The position numbers were made by a program, and so were the translations under genes. Source: Betaproteobacteria bacterium (GTDB lineage: Bacteria > Pseudomonadota > Gammaproteobacteria > Burkholderiales > Ga0077523). From it: a stretch of 64,000 nt of DNA. Each line of letters begins with the position of its first letter. Position 1 is the first letter of the stretch. The notes under the pieces were generated by a model. It was not told the DNA's origin, made no database searches, and saw only the letters and a list, made by a program, of their open reading frames with translations. Where the stretch lies: assembly GCA_016713305.1 (NCBI GenBank), contig JADJPK010000007.1, forward strand, positions 197,829 through 261,828, written 5' to 3'. Shown here in pieces: positions 11,374 to 23,247 of the stretch.

Positions 11374-13371
11374 ATGACCCCGAACAAGAAAACGCGCATC
11401 TCCACGCAGGTGAGCCTGCTGGCCTGCGGCATCTTCATCGCAGCCATCGTCGGCATCTCCCTGCTCGCGTATCTGCGCGCGTCCAGCATCTTCGACAGCC
11501 GGGGCGCCACGGAACTGGGGGCGAGGCTCAAGCTGATCGAAAGCCAGTTCGAGACCTTCGACGCCACGGCCAAATCCAACGCGGACCGCCTGAGCCACGT
11601 CTTCGAGTCCATGCTGGGCGGGAACGTCAGGGTCGACCCGGGCCGCACCATCCAGGTGGGCGAGCACGCATCGCCCGCAGTGACGGCCAATTCGGGCACG
11701 CTCAATCTGGATTTCTCCCAGGTGGACGGGTTCAGCCGCATGACCGGGGGCACGGCGACGGTGTTCGTGCGCATGGGCGACAACTTCCTGCGCGTGACGA
11801 CGTCGGTCAAGAAGCAGGACGGCAGCCGCGCCCTGGGCACCTTGCTGGATACCAAGCATCCTGCCTTTCCGCGCATGCTGGAAGGCACGCCCTATCTGGG
11901 CAAGGCGAGCCTGTTCGGGCGCGACTACATGACCAAGTACAGCCCCGTGAAGGATGCCGGCGGCCGCACGGTCGCCATCCTGTTCGTGGGTTTCGACATC
12001 ACGGAAGGCCTCGCCAAGCTGCATTCGGAGATCGGTGCGGCGCGGATCGGCGAGAAAGGGCACTACTTCGTCATCGATGCGTCCCAGCAGGCCTCCCGCG
12101 GCGAACTGGTGGTTCATCCGGAGGCGAAGGGAAAGAACGTGAGCGGAGGCGGCCTCGAGGCCTACGCGGACATCCTGCAGCAAGGGCAAGGAGCCCTGGA
12201 AAAGGATGGGCGTCTCTACGTGTTCACGAAGCTCGATTCCTGGCAGCGCATCTTCGGGGCATCGGTCGATCTGGGCGAACTGCACTCCGACGCCGTCGTC
12301 CTGGGCAACCTTCTGGGCGGCCTGGGCCTGGCGGTCATTCTCGCCGGCTGTGCCGCCATCTACTTTTCGCTGCACAGGAAACTCCGGCCGCTCGAATTGC
12401 TGGCGCGCGATGCGGAGCGGTTCGGCTCGGGCGATCTCACGGTGCGCTCGCAAGTCAGCAGCGCGGACGAGGCGGGTGAACTGGCCCGGGCCTTCAACGG
12501 CATGGCCGACCAGGTCCGCGACCTCGTCGTCCGTGTGAAGCGTGCGTCCGACAGCGTGCGCGAGGCGGTCGTCCTGGTCCGCAACGAGTCGCGGCACGTG
12601 CTGGACGGTTCGCGCACCCAGAGCGAGTCGGCCTCCCGCGTCGCGGCGGCGCTCGAGGAAGTCAATGCCAGTCTCACCGGTGTGACGGACAACGCGCAGG
12701 ACTCGCGCGAGCTTTCGCAGAAGACGAACCAGCTGTCGGTGCAGGGCGAAGCCGTCGCACTGAAAGCGGCCGACGAGACGGCCGCCATCGCGACATCCGT
12801 ACGCGCGTCAGCGCAGGCGATCGCATCGCTCAACATGCGCTCGGAACAGATCAGCGACGTGGTCAAGGTGATCAAGGACATCGCAGATCAGACCAATCTG
12901 CTCGCGCTCAACGCGGCCATCGAGGCGGCGCGAGCCGGGGAGCAGGGCCGCGGGTTCGCGGTGGTGGCCGACGAAGTGCGCAAGCTGGCCGAACGCACGA
13001 GCCACGCGACCATCGAGATCGGCACCATGATCTCGGCCATCCAGAAGGAGACATCGGATGCCGTCACAGGCATGCGCGGGGGATCGGAACGCGTCGAGGA
13101 GGGCGTGCGCCTGGTGAAGGAGGCCGTCGATGCGCTGACCGAGATCCGCACCGCAGCCGAGATGGCCGTGGCCAAGTCGGCGGAGATCTCGCTGGCGATG
13201 AACGAGCAGAGCGTGGCCGGCACAGAGATCGCCACCAACGTGGAGCGCATCGCCCGCATGGCGGACGAGAACAGCGCCGCCGCAGCGCGGAGTCAGGAAT
13301 CCGTGAGCCGCCTCGAAGCGCTCGCCAGCGATCTCACCGCCCTCACTGCGGGTCTCAAGGTGGGAACGTAA
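11374..13371 (+). CDS. Methyl-accepting chemotaxis protein with periplasmic Cache-type (Cache_3-Cache_2-like) sensor, HAMP and MA domains
   Basis: Lies inside ORF 11023..13371. Start at ATG 11374 ([31 protein letters not shown]; alternative 11347). Cache-like [49 protein letters not shown]. Signalling tip [41 protein letters not shown]. No C-terminal pentapeptide. Confidence 0.9.
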   Translation: MTPNKKTRISTQVSLLACGIFIAAIVGISLLAYLRASSIFDSRGATELGARLKLIESQFETFDATAKSNADRLSHVFESMLGGNVRVDPGRTIQVGEHASPAVTANSGTLNLDFSQVDGFSRMTGGTATVFVRMGDNFLRVTTSVKKQDGSRALGTLLDTKHPAFPRMLEGTPYLGKASLFGRDYMTKYSPVKDAGGRTVAILFVGFDITEGLAKLHSEIGAARIGEKGHYFVIDASQQASRGELVVHPEAKGKNVSGGGLEAYADILQQGQGALEKDGRLYVFTKLDSWQRIFGASVDLGELHSDAVVLGNLLGGLGLAVILAGCAAIYFSLHRKLRPLELLARDAERFGSGDLTVRSQVSSADEAGELARAFNGMADQVRDLVVRVKRASDSVREAVVLVRNESRHVLDGSRTQSESASRVAAALEEVNASLTGVTDNAQDSRELSQKTNQLSVQGEAVALKAADETAAIATSVRASAQAIASLNMRSEQISDVVKVIKDIADQTNLLALNAAIEAARAGEQGRGFAVVADEVRKLAERTSHATIEIGTMISAIQKETSDAVTGMRGGSERVEEGVRLVKEAVDALTEIRTAAEMAVAKSAEISLAMNEQSVAGTEIATNVERIARMADENSAAAARSQESVSRLEALASDLTALTAGLKVGT

Positions 13372-13489
13372 TTCCTGTCAGGGTGCGCCTCGGCGGATCC
13401 TGCACAGACCGGCGTCTGCCAAGTACGCTTTCCGGGAGAAGGAAGCCGGCTCCGGACACGTTGCAGGCCGGCGCGGCCCGCTGGCATCC

Positions 13490-14512
13490 CTAGGCGGGCA
13501 CGCCCAGTTTGGCCCCACGCCGCCAGAACCGCAGAAGATCGAGCCGGCCCAGATGGAGGTGCATGCTCCGCTGGCCGGAGATGCCCGTCAGCCTCAGCCT
13601 GTCCAGCATGCCGGTGCCAAGCGCGGTGAGCGCTGGTTCGAGGAACTGCTCGTCGAACGCCTGAAGCGCGCACTGCCAAGCCGAAACATCCGCCGAATCG
13701 GCCGCCCGGCGGCATCTCGAATACTCGAAGAGCACACTTTCACGGGTCGCCGCGGCGAGTACCGGTTGCGCATCGTCCGGAGCCGGAAGGGCTTCGGTCT
13801 CGCTGGCGCGTCCGAGTGCGGTTGTCAGCGGATCGTCCGAGAAGAGGCGATCGACCGGCCGCCTGGATGGAGCCACGTACCGTCCGGGGCCCCAGAACCA
13901 AAGGCTCTTGACCAGCGGATGCCCGGCGTCTTCCCGTGCCGTGTTGACCGGATGGCCGTGCAGGAGCATCTGCGCTTCGTTCAACCGCTTGATCCACGGA
14001 AGCGCGCCGTCGCCTTGCGGCAACAACCGGTCGATGGGCCGTCCATGCGCGGCCGACAGCGCCGTCGTCTGCATGTCCGGCTGCGATGGAAGGCGGGCCA
14101 CCCACCGGTCCGGAGCGATGGCCAGGAACGAGATGCCGTCGGCAGCGAAGAAGGCGTTCAATGCCTCGATCAACGCCGCGGCCTCGGTCTCGAGGATCTC
14201 CAGCGACTCGGCGGCCGTGAGGAAGATCTCGGCGCCCCGGGCTTGCATGTTGACCGGATCGGCGCACATCCAGACCGCTTCACCCGCCTGCCGCTCGCCT
14301 CGCTGGACGAGCAGGGCCGCGAAGGGCGCGGGCGAGGAGGCGAACCCCCATTGCTGGCCGAGCCAGTCCTCCACGCCGGCGACGGGATGGGCATGGCGCC
14401 GGCCTTTGGCCAGCATCCGTTCCAGCGCCGGCAGTTCGAGACCGGTATAGGGCCGCGGGTCGGTCATGTCGGGCCAGAACAGGCCGGGCACGAGAAAGTG
14501 AAGGCTGCGCAT
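13490..14512 (-). CDS. Conserved hypothetical protein (resembles proteins annotated as RpfE-type regulator / phosphoglycerate-mutase-like)
   Basis: Lies inside ORF 13490..14665. Start set to ATG 14512 (MRSLHFLVPGLFWPD). Coding-like composition throughout. The function assignment rests only on my recollection of similar annotations and is not verified. Confidence 0.55.
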   Translation of the reverse strand: MRSLHFLVPGLFWPDMTDPRPYTGLELPALERMLAKGRRHAHPVAGVEDWLGQQWGFASSPAPFAALLVQRGERQAGEAVWMCADPVNMQARGAEIFLTAAESLEILETEAAALIEALNAFFAADGISFLAIAPDRWVARLPSQPDMQTTALSAAHGRPIDRLLPQGDGALPWIKRLNEAQMLLHGHPVNTAREDAGHPLVKSLWFWGPGRYVAPSRRPVDRLFSDDPLTTALGRASETEALPAPDDAQPVLAAATRESVLFEYSRCRRAADSADVSAWQCALQAFDEQFLEPALTALGTGMLDRLRLTGISGQRSMHLHLGRLDLLRFWRRGAKLGVPA

Positions 14513-14681
14513 GGGAAGCGGTCTCGAAAGTGCGTGAAACTCGAAAGGGGCGGGTACTGGAACGGCCGGCGCGCTGCTCTGCAGAGTCTCGTATTGCCCC
14601 GGACCAAGCGAAATGGATTCCAGCCCGGGAATTGCGGGCCGCTCTGGCACAATCCGGCTGTCCACCGTCCCCCGGTCCTCC

Positions 14682-15926
14682 GTGCTTCCGTTCGAATACT
14701 TCGTGGGCCTGCGCTACACGCGGGCCAAGCGCCGCAATCACTTCATCTCCTTCATTTCCATGACGTCGATGGGAGGCATCGCGCTCGGCGTGGCTGCGCT
14801 GATCGTCGTGCTGTCGGTGATGAACGGCTTCCAGAAGGAGTTGCGGACACGGATCCTCGGGGTGGCGGCGCACGTGCAGCTCACGGGCGCCGGCGACGGA
14901 TTATCCGGATGGCAGACGGTGGCGCAACGCGCCCGGCAGCATCCCGGCGTGACCGCGGCGGCGCCCTACGTGAACGCGCAAGGCCTGTTGTCCTATGATC
15001 AGACGGTGCAAGGCTCCGTCATTCGCGGCGTGCTGCCCGAACTGGAGGATTCCGTCGCCGACATCGGCCGCCACATGAAGGGCGGATTGTTCTCGGCTCT
15101 CCGCCCGGGCGAATTCGGCATCGTCCTGGGACTCGAACTCGCGCGCAATCTCGGCGTGCGGCTGAACGAAAAGGTGACCGTCATCGCCCCGCAGGGGCAG
15201 GTGACGGCGGCGGGTGTGCTGCCGCGGATCAAGCAATTCCGCGTGGTGGGCTTCTTCGAGGTCGGCATGTACGAGTACGACTCGGGCCTCGCCCTCATGC
15301 ATCTCGCCGACGCGCAGAAGCTCTATCGCATGAACGACGACGTGTCCGGTGTGCGGCTGAAACTGACGGATCTGTTCGATGCGCCGGAGATCAGTCGCGA
15401 ATTGGCGACATCCCTCGGAAGCAGCGTCACGGTCAGCGACTGGACCCGCAGCCATGGGAATTTCTTCCGCGCCGTGCAGATCGAGAAGCGGGTCATGTTC
15501 ATCATCCTGACACTCATCGTGGCGGTGGCCGCCTTCAACATCGTGTCCACGCTGGTCATGGCGGTCACGGACAAGCGGGCCGACATCGCGATCTTGCGGA
15601 CCCTGGGCGCATCGCCTGCCGCGATCTTGCGGATCTTCGTGGTGCAGGGTTCGCTCATCGGCCTTGCCGGCACCGTCATCGGCGTCGTCGCCGGCATCCT
15701 GCTGGCCATGAACGTGGACGTCGTCGTCCCCCTCATCGAGCGCACGTTCGGTGTCCAGTTCCTCGACAAGGACGTGTACTACATCAGCGAACTGCCCTCG
15801 GACCTGCACCAGGCCGACGTCGTGGTGATCGCGGTGGTCTCCTTCTTCCTGACTCTTCTGGCCACCCTGTATCCGAGCTATCGAGCGGCCCGGATCAATC
15901 CGGCAGCCGCCTTGCGCTATGAGTGA
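14682..15926 (+). CDS. Lipoprotein-releasing ABC transporter permease, LolC/LolE family
   Basis: Lies inside ORF 14613..15926. Probable GTG start at 14682 ([26 protein letters not shown]). MacB-like periplasmic domain and FtsX-type C-terminal TM helices. Its 3' end overlaps lolD by 8 nt. Confidence 0.9.
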   Translation: MLPFEYFVGLRYTRAKRRNHFISFISMTSMGGIALGVAALIVVLSVMNGFQKELRTRILGVAAHVQLTGAGDGLSGWQTVAQRARQHPGVTAAAPYVNAQGLLSYDQTVQGSVIRGVLPELEDSVADIGRHMKGGLFSALRPGEFGIVLGLELARNLGVRLNEKVTVIAPQGQVTAAGVLPRIKQFRVVGFFEVGMYEYDSGLALMHLADAQKLYRMNDDVSGVRLKLTDLFDAPEISRELATSLGSSVTVSDWTRSHGNFFRAVQIEKRVMFIILTLIVAVAAFNIVSTLVMAVTDKRADIAILRTLGASPAAILRIFVVQGSLIGLAGTVIGVVAGILLAMNVDVVVPLIERTFGVQFLDKDVYYISELPSDLHQADVVVIAVVSFFLTLLATLYPSYRAARINPAAALRYE

Positions 15927-16614
15927 AACCGGTCAAGCAGCTCCCGTCATCCGTTGCCGCGGACTGGCCAAGACCTACGCGGAGGGCGTGGCGCCCGTGG
16001 ACGTGCTCCGCTGTGTCGCTCTCGACGTGCGGCGCGGCGAGACGATCGCCATCGTGGGGGCCTCGGGATCGGGCAAGAGCACGCTCCTGCATCTTCTGGG
16101 CGGCCTGGATGCGCCGAGCGGCGGCGAGGTTGCGCTGATGGGTCAACCGGTGCAGGGGCTGTCGCCGCGGTCGCTGGGCGAACTGCGCAACCGCGCATTG
16201 GGCTTCGTCTATCAGTTCCACCACCTGCTGCCGGAGTTCAGCGCGCTCGAGAACGTCGCGATGCCGCTGTACATCCGCCGCACGGCGGAGAAGGAGGCTC
16301 ACGAGGCCGCGCGCGCCATGCTCGAACGCGTGGGTCTCGCCAGCCGGCTGCAGCACGTTCCCGGCGAGATGTCGGGCGGTGAACGGCAACGGGCCGCGCT
16401 CGCCAGGGCGCTCGTCACACAGCCGGCGGCACTGCTCGCCGACGAGCCGACCGGCAATCTGGATCGGCGCAATGCCGAGGCAGTGCTCGATCTCATGCTG
16501 GAGCTCAATCGCGGTCTGGGCACGAGCCTCGTGATCGTCACGCACGACATGGGCATCGCGGGACGGATGGACCGCGTGCTCAGGCTCGAAGACGGCCGGC
16601 TCCAAGCGGCCTGA
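15919..16614 (+). CDS. lolD: Lipoprotein-releasing ABC transporter ATP-binding protein
   Basis: 231 aa. Walker [10 protein letters not shown], signature MSGGERQR, Walker [12 protein letters not shown]. Translationally coupled to the LolC/E gene. Confidence 0.92.
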   Translation: MSETGQAAPVIRCRGLAKTYAEGVAPVDVLRCVALDVRRGETIAIVGASGSGKSTLLHLLGGLDAPSGGEVALMGQPVQGLSPRSLGELRNRALGFVYQFHHLLPEFSALENVAMPLYIRRTAEKEAHEAARAMLERVGLASRLQHVPGEMSGGERQRAALARALVTQPAALLADEPTGNLDRRNAEAVLDLMLELNRGLGTSLVIVTHDMGIAGRMDRVLRLEDGRLQAA

Positions 16615-16724
16615 CGGCTGCAAGCCCGGAGCCGGCACGATGAGGAATCCGCAAGGTCGCGCCGCGCAGCGTCGAAGCGCGAATCCGGCTGCGGCCTTCC
16701 CGAGACACTGACGGCATTGCTCCC

Positions 16725-19081
16725 GTGGGTCCGGCCGCCTTCTTCGCCGCAGGTGCCTGGCTGCTGCAGCAGCAACCCCGGCTTCCCTCTCTGGCGGCGG
16801 CGTCCATTCTGGTTCCGCTGCTGCTTTGTGCGCGGTACTGGTGGAACGCATCGCCGGCGGCGCTTCGCATCGCGAGCCGTCTGGCCCTGGGCCTCGCGTG
16901 CTTCGCTGCGGGCTTCTACTGGGCGGCCGCCTACGGCGGTTGGCGGCTCGCGGACGAGCTCCCCGCACGGTGGGAGGGACGCGACGTGCGGCTGCGCGGC
17001 ACGGTGACCGGTCTTCCGGAGCGGACCGCGAGCGGATGGCGATTCGGTGTCGAGACGGAGCGGGTCATCACGCCCGATGCGGAGGTTCCACATCGGCTGC
17101 TGATCACGTTGATGGATGATCCCGCCGAACCGGCCGTGACGACGGAACCGCCCGTGGAGGCGGGCGAGCACCTCGTGTTCACGGCTCGGCTGCGCCGGCC
17201 TCACGGAACCTACAACCCGCACGGATTCGATTTCGAAGGCTGGCTGCTGGAGCGCGGCTTTCGCGCCACCGGTTACGTCCGCACCGGCGAGCCGTTCAGC
17301 CGGGAACGCCCGGTGCCCTGGCAGTTCTCCGGCGGCATCGACCGATGGCGGGCATCGCTGCGCAGCCATCTGCTCGCGGCGGTGCCGGAGTCCGCCTTCG
17401 CCGGCGTGCTCGTCGCGCTGGCCATCGGCGACCAGCAGGCGATCACCGCCGAGCAGTGGCAGGTCTACACCCGCACCGGCGTCAACCACCTCATGAGCAT
17501 CTCGGGCCTGCACATCACCATGCTCGGTGCGGTCGCCGGATTCGCCGTGTCGAGACTGTGGCGCCGTTCCTCGCGCCTGGTTCGAGCCCTGCCTGCCGTC
17601 GATGCCGGCGCCTGGGCGGACTGGCCACCGCCTTCGGTTACGCGATGCTTTCCGGATTCGCCGTGCCGGCACAGCGCACGTTGTGGATGCTGGCCACGGC
17701 CGTGATTGCGGGCCGCCTGCGCATGCGGGTGACGCCCTGGGACACGCTGGGGTTGGCCCTGGCGGTGGTCGTTGCCGCGGATCCCATGGCCGTCATCTCG
17801 CCGGGATTCTGGCTTTCGTTCGGTGCCGTGGCCTGGCTCATGTTCGCCGGCGGGAGGGAAGAGAGGTCCACGCCAGCCGCGCACCGCTGGTCACGCGCCC
17901 AATGGGCACTGTTCCTGGGGCTCACGCCGCTGCTCGTGGCGATGTTCCAGCAGGTGTCGATCGTCGGGCCGCTGGCCAACGCGTTCGCGATTCCCCTGGT
18001 GAGTCTGGCTGTCGTCCCGCTGACGCTGGCCGCGACCGTCCTGCCCTGGAGCGGTCCGGCGCAGCTGGCGGCATGGCTGCTGGACTGGCTGCACACCGCT
18101 CTTTCGACCATCGCCGCATGGTCCTGGGCCCAGTACGTCCAGCCCGCACCGCCCGCCTGGACCGTGCCGTTGGCTTGTGCAGGAGCGCTGTGGCTCCTGC
18201 TTCCGCGGGGTTTCCCTTCCCGGTGGGTGGGGGTCTTGGCGTTTCTTCCGCTCGTGGCATTCCGGCCGGATCCGCTGCCGGAGGAGGAAGCGCTCGTCAC
18301 GATGCTGGACGTGGGCCAGGGCCTCGCGGTGCTGGTGCGCACGCGGGACCAGGCGCTGCTCTTCGACACCGGCCCCGGATGGTCGGCGGAAGCCGACAGC
18401 GCGAGCCGGGTGATCCTGCCGTATCTGCGAGGGGAGGGAATCGACCGGCTCGGCGCACTCGTGGTGAGCCACGACGATCGCGATCACACCGGTGGCGCCA
18501 GGTCACTGGTCAGGGGAATGGCCATCGATTCGGTGCTCACATCGCTTCCCGCGTCCAGCCCAGCCCTGGGCAGCCATCCGCGTGTGCTGAAGTGCGTGGC
18601 GGGCCAGTCGTGGACGTGGAGCGGCGTGAACTTCGCCATGCTGTATCCGTCGAATCCATCCCCCGCAGCCACGGTGCGGGACAATGCGCGCAGTTGCGTG
18701 CTGCGGGTCGAGGCGGGAGGCAGGAGCGTGCTCGTCGCCGCCGACATCGAGCGCGATGCGGAAACGGAGATTCTGCGCAGCGGCGCCGCATTGGAATCGA
18801 CCGTGCTGGTGGTTCCCCACCATGGCAGCGCGACGTCGTCGACGCCGGCGTTCGTTGCCGCCGTGCATCCACAGTCCGCCTGGTTCGCCGTCGGGTACCG
18901 CAACCGTTTCGGGCATCCTCACCCCGATGTGATTTCGCGCTATCGTGAGTTGGGGGTGACGATGGCGCGCTCCGACGTTTCGGGCGCCGTCACCGCGCGG
19001 CTGTCGCGGGCCGGACTCGAGATGCAGGCGTGGCGCCGTGTGGCCCGGCGCTATTGGCACACCCCCATCGATTCGATCTGA
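16725..19081 (+). CDS. comEC: DNA internalization-related competence protein ComEC/Rec2 (with C-terminal metallo-beta-lactamase domain); frame-disrupted as assembled (1 shift)
   Basis: ORF 16725..17705 carries the N-terminal part (..TGVNHLMSISGLHITMLG..). ORF 17345..19081 carries the rest (..LATAFGYAMLSGFAVPAQRTLWML.., MLDVGQGLAVLVRT, VVSHDDRDHTGG). The join ..AGAWA|GLATAFGY needs one extra G at 17618-17619. Confidence 0.88.
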
Positions 19082-19095
19082 GGAATTCCCGCCCC

Positions 19096-21270
19096 GTGTT
19101 CAAGTCGGTTCCACAGGAAGTCACCCAGCCGTCGGCTCTCGTCGCGCAATGGCGCGCCGATGGCGCCCGCCTTCAGCCTGGAGACGAGGGCGTGCTCACC
19201 GATGTCATCGATGCGGTGGGGCAGAGCGACGGTGACCCCTGGCACATGGCACTGGAGGCGGCGGATGTCCTGGCCTACCTCAAGCTCGATGCGGACTCGC
19301 TGCTGGCAGCGCTGTTCCTGGGGGTCGGGTCGGATGCGCAGACGGTCGAACGCCTGATCGACGGCCGCAAGAACGACGTGTGGAGTCTGGTCGAGGGCGC
19401 GCGGCGCATGCGCGATCTGCACGCTCTGCTGCCGGAGGAAAGCGCCAAGCGGCGGTCGCCGGACCAGGCCGCGCAGGTGGAGCGGCTGCGCAAGATGGTG
19501 CTGGCCATGGCGCAGGACGGACGCGTGGTCGTGCTCCATCTGGCGTTCCACCTCGTGAACCTGCGCCGCCTCGTGCGCGACGGCGATGCGAAGCAGCGGG
19601 CGGACGCCGCCCACGAGACCTTCGAACTCCTGGCGCCGCTCGCCAACCGGCTTGGCATCTGGCAGGTGAAGTGGGAGATGGAGGATCTCGCGTTTCGCGC
19701 ACGGGATCCCGACGGCTACAAGAAGATCGCATCGCAGCTGGACGAGAAGCGCGCCGACCGCGAGCGCTTCATCGCGGACGTGACGGCGCTGCTCAGACGC
19801 GAACTGGCAGGCGCCGGCCTGCGTGCGGACGTGAGCGGACGTCCCAAGCACATCTACAGCATCTGGAAGAAGATGCAGCGCAAGGATCTGGGCTTCCAGG
19901 ACCTCTTCGACGTGCGTGGCGTGCGCATCCTGGTGGACGACGTGAAGGACTGCTACGCGGCGCTGGGCCTGGTCCATCACCTCTGGGCGCCCATTCCGCG
20001 GGAGTTCGACGATTACATCGCGCGCCCCAAGGCCAACAACTACCGCTCGCTGCACACGGCCGTGATCGGGCCGGAAGAGAAGGTGCTGGAAGTGCAGATC
20101 CGTACGCACGAGATGCATCAGGCGAACGAACTGGGCGTCGCCGCACACTGGCGCTACAAGGAAGGCGGCCATCGTGCCGACTCCGGTTACGGCCGCCATA
20201 TCGCGTGGCTGCGGCAGGTCCTCGACTGGCGTCTGGGCAGCGCGGACAGCGAGGAGCTGGCCCAGGAGTTCCGTGCCGAACTGCTGCAGGACAGCGTCTA
20301 CGTGATCACGCCGCAGGGGCAGGTGATCGCCCTGCCGTCGGGCTCGACTCCGGTGGATTTCGCGTACTACGTCCATTCGGGTCTCGGGCATCGATGCCGG
20401 GGCGCGAAGGTGAATGGCCAGATCGTGCCGCTCACGCATCGCCTCGCGAACGGCGACCGGGTGGAGATCATCGCCACGGCCGAGGGGGGGCCCAGCATGG
20501 ACTGGCTCAACCCGGCACGGGGGTTCCTCGCGAGCGGACGCGCACGCGCCAAGGTGCGCCAGTGGTTCAACAACCAGAACCTCGAGCAGTCCATCGCGCA
20601 GGGCCGGCAGATGCTGGAGCGCGAGGCCCACCGCGTCGGTGTGGCCATGCCGCCGCTGGACAGTCTTGCCACGGCCCTGGGCCATGCCAAGCCGGACGAT
20701 CTGCTCGCAGCGCTGGGCCGAGGGGAGATCGGTCAGCGGACCTTGCAGACCGCGCTGCGCGGCCGGTCCGCCGAACCGCCGGCCGAGCCGGCCGCGCTTC
20801 CTCCCTCGTTCGTGGGGGAGAACGCGAATGCGGCACGTCCCGGCGGAATTCTCGTGGTGGGCATCGACCGTCTCCTCACCCAGCTCGCACGCTGCTGCCG
20901 TCCGCTTCCCCCGGATGCCATCGTGGGTTTCGTCACCAAGGGCAAGGGCGTGTCCATCCACCGCCAGGATTGCCCCAACGTGAAGCAACTCCCGGCCGAA
21001 CGGCGGCTCGAGGCGCAATGGGGCGCAACGCCCCGCGATGCCAGGTTCCAGACCGATGTGGAGGTGACCGGATCGGCCGAGGGACTGCTGCGTACGGTGG
21101 TCGACGTGCTCGGAAAGGAGAGGGTCACGGTGCGCGCTGCCCGGACGTCGGGCCGGGGTGCGAGCGAACGGGTCCGCCTGACGGTGGAAGTCTCCGACGA
21201 ACTTCAGCTGCAGCGGGTCGTCTCGCTCCTGCGCGAGGTGCCGGGCGTCACGGCCGTCAGGCGCTGCTGA
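19096..21270 (+). CDS. relA: RelA/SpoT-family (p)ppGpp synthetase, RelA-like
   Basis: Lies inside ORF 19030..21270. Probable GTG start at 19096, after the comEC stop. Synthetase motifs RPKHIYSIWKKMQRK and YRSLHTAV. TGS domain (VYVITPQGQVIALPSGSTPVDFAY) and ACT-like C-terminus. The N-terminal HD region looks degenerate, as in RelA. Confidence 0.85.
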   Translation: MFKSVPQEVTQPSALVAQWRADGARLQPGDEGVLTDVIDAVGQSDGDPWHMALEAADVLAYLKLDADSLLAALFLGVGSDAQTVERLIDGRKNDVWSLVEGARRMRDLHALLPEESAKRRSPDQAAQVERLRKMVLAMAQDGRVVVLHLAFHLVNLRRLVRDGDAKQRADAAHETFELLAPLANRLGIWQVKWEMEDLAFRARDPDGYKKIASQLDEKRADRERFIADVTALLRRELAGAGLRADVSGRPKHIYSIWKKMQRKDLGFQDLFDVRGVRILVDDVKDCYAALGLVHHLWAPIPREFDDYIARPKANNYRSLHTAVIGPEEKVLEVQIRTHEMHQANELGVAAHWRYKEGGHRADSGYGRHIAWLRQVLDWRLGSADSEELAQEFRAELLQDSVYVITPQGQVIALPSGSTPVDFAYYVHSGLGHRCRGAKVNGQIVPLTHRLANGDRVEIIATAEGGPSMDWLNPARGFLASGRARAKVRQWFNNQNLEQSIAQGRQMLEREAHRVGVAMPPLDSLATALGHAKPDDLLAALGRGEIGQRTLQTALRGRSAEPPAEPAALPPSFVGENANAARPGGILVVGIDRLLTQLARCCRPLPPDAIVGFVTKGKGVSIHRQDCPNVKQLPAERRLEAQWGATPRDARFQTDVEVTGSAEGLLRTVVDVLGKERVTVRAARTSGRGASERVRLTVEVSDELQLQRVVSLLREVPGVTAVRRC

Positions 21271-21529
21271 ACCGGGCCGCGCCCACGGGGCGCGGGTCCG
21301 GGCCTCGTCGGTCGTTCCGTTCCCGATTGTCCCCCGGCAGAAATGCCGAGGGTTTCGCTGCGTGCCGAGATGGTGCGTCCGCGAGCCTTCCTCTGCGGGC
21401 CGCCGGTCGTCCCCTCAAGCAACGCGGCGGCCGACCGGAGTTCATGGACGCGTTTCGGGCCTGACCTTCTCATTGCTTTCGCCATGGATTTCCGGCCGGA
21501 ATGTGAGGAGTCCGCCGTTCTGCGCCGTC

Positions 21530-21556
21530 TCAAGTTCATTTCCCTGTTTCCGTTAA
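21530..21556 (+). promoter_or_regulatory. Candidate sigma-28 (FliA) promoter TCAA-N15-TCCGTTAA
   Basis: Compared with the enteric consensus TAAA-N15-GCCGATAA: exact 15-nt spacer and 6/8 match in the -10 element. It ends 81 nt upstream of ATG 21637. Confidence 0.4.
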
Positions 21557-21636
21557 GAGACTCGCACGACCGCGAGAACACCCCCGGATGCGCCGGGGCG
21601 GTTCGTCGTGCGAACGCCACAGAACAAACTGGATAC

Positions 21637-22833
21637 ATGAACTCGACGAACCATTCGGTACCGCGGAGGCCTCGGCCGATACTCGTAGGGACGGCGTGCG
21701 TGGGGGCGGCCCTCACGGCAGCGTGGTTTCTGCTCAATTTCAGTCCCTTCGCGGCGGTGATCGTCGCGGCGGCCGGCACTGCCGCACCCTGGGTGTGGCA
21801 CGCGTTCCGAACGCCGTTGGATGCCCATTCGTCGCGTTCCGAGGAGCATCGGGACTCCGGCAACGTCCCGCTCGGCGATGCGCTTGCCAGGATGGGGACG
21901 GCCACGACACGTCTGCTCGAAGGGTCCGATGACGAGTTGCGCAGGATCGACGGGCTGGTGTCGGATGCCATCCCGGACCTCATCAAGAGCTTCAGCGACA
22001 TCACGGCCCAGGCCAAGCGCCAGCAGGAACTCACCCTGGCGGCGGCCAACAGCGACGAGATGCGCGCGCGGTTCCACGGATTCGTTGCAGAGGCTTCCAG
22101 CACGCTCCAGCAGTACGTCGACCGGCTGGTGGAAGGCAGCCGCTCGGGCATGGAACTGGTCGAGCAGATGGAAAACATCGAGAGCCGGGTGAAGGATGTC
22201 ACGGGCTTCCTGGACGAGATCGACTCCATCGCCAAGCAGACGAATCTTCTCGCGCTCAACGCGGCCATCGAGGCCGCCCGCGCGGGCGAGGCAGGGCGCG
22301 GATTCGCCGTGGTCGCCGACGAAGTGAGGACGCTCTCCGGCCGCACCGCGACCTTCAGCCGGCAGATCCTGGATCAGATGAAGGGCATCGAGGTGGAGAT
22401 CCAGCGTGCCGACGAACGCATCAACGCCATGGCGTCGCAGGACATGGTGTCTGCACTCGGCGCCAAGTCCAATGTCGAGACGGCGCTGAACGAGCTGGGC
22501 GACGCCAACATGGCGATGAACGACTCGGCCGCGGAAGTCTCCCGCATCGCCGGCGAACTGGAGCACACGGTCAACGCCGCGGTCACGAACCTTCAGTTCC
22601 AGGATCTCACCACCCAGCTGATCGGCCACGCCCGTCACCAGAACGAGGCGATCCGCGAACTGCTGGCGCACATCACGCAGGTCGGCGGCGCTCTGGCCGA
22701 CGACAGCTTTGCTTCCCAGGCGGGTTCCCTGCTCGCCGAATTCGATCAGCGGCTCACAAGAGCGCAGGCGGCCGCCGAGCGCACTCCGGTACGGCAGCAA
22801 GGCATGGATACCGGGGCCGTGGAACTGTTTTGA
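21637..22833 (+). CDS. Membrane-anchored MCP-signalling-domain protein without periplasmic sensor or recognisable HAMP
   Basis: Lies inside ORF 21343..22833. Start at ATG 21637 (MNSTNHS..). Two closely spaced TM helices ([19 protein letters not shown] / [17 protein letters not shown]). Tip motif [40 protein letters not shown]. Located directly upstream of cheY-cheA. Confidence 0.85.
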   Translation: MNSTNHSVPRRPRPILVGTACVGAALTAAWFLLNFSPFAAVIVAAAGTAAPWVWHAFRTPLDAHSSRSEEHRDSGNVPLGDALARMGTATTRLLEGSDDELRRIDGLVSDAIPDLIKSFSDITAQAKRQQELTLAAANSDEMRARFHGFVAEASSTLQQYVDRLVEGSRSGMELVEQMENIESRVKDVTGFLDEIDSIAKQTNLLALNAAIEAARAGEAGRGFAVVADEVRTLSGRTATFSRQILDQMKGIEVEIQRADERINAMASQDMVSALGAKSNVETALNELGDANMAMNDSAAEVSRIAGELEHTVNAAVTNLQFQDLTTQLIGHARHQNEAIRELLAHITQVGGALADDSFASQAGSLLAEFDQRLTRAQAAAERTPVRQQGMDTGAVELF

Positions 22834-22862
22834 ACCTTACTCGCAAGTCGGGAGATTGATAG

Positions 22863-23228
22863 ATGTCAAAGACGATTCTCGCCGTGGACGACTCTCCGTC
22901 GATCCGCAATATGGTCGCTTTCACGCTCAAGAGCGCGGGCTACGACGTAGTGGAGGCGGTCGACGGCCAGGATGGTCTCGACAAGGCCAAGTCCAAGCAG
23001 GTGAACCTCGTGCTCACCGACCAGAACATGCCCCGCATGGATGGACTCACCCTGGTGAAGAATCTGCGCGCCATGCCCCAGTACAAGTCGGCACCCATCC
23101 TCATTCTCACCACGGAATCGTCGGATGACATGAAGGCGAAGGGCCGTGCCGCGGGTGCGACGGGCTGGCTGGTGAAGCCCTTCGATCCGCCCCGGCTGCT
23201 GGAGGTCGTCAAGAAGGTCATCGGCTGA
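22863..23228 (+). CDS. cheY: Chemotaxis response regulator CheY
   Basis: 121-aa stand-alone receiver domain: DD (AVDDS), phospho-acceptor D in LVLTDQNMPRMDG, T (ILTTES), K (LVKPF). Confidence 0.93.
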   Translation: MSKTILAVDDSPSIRNMVAFTLKSAGYDVVEAVDGQDGLDKAKSKQVNLVLTDQNMPRMDGLTLVKNLRAMPQYKSAPILILTTESSDDMKAKGRAAGATGWLVKPFDPPRLLEVVKKVIG

Positions 23229-23247
23229 CGCCCGGGAGCGCGAAGTC

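Noticed and set aside
21277-21295. Perfect 8-bp GC hairpin (CCGCGCCC-acg-GGGCGCGG) right after relA, considered as a terminator.
   Set aside because: It has no downstream T tract, and its 3-nt loop is tight. It may function, but I cannot distinguish it from chance GC-rich palindromes.
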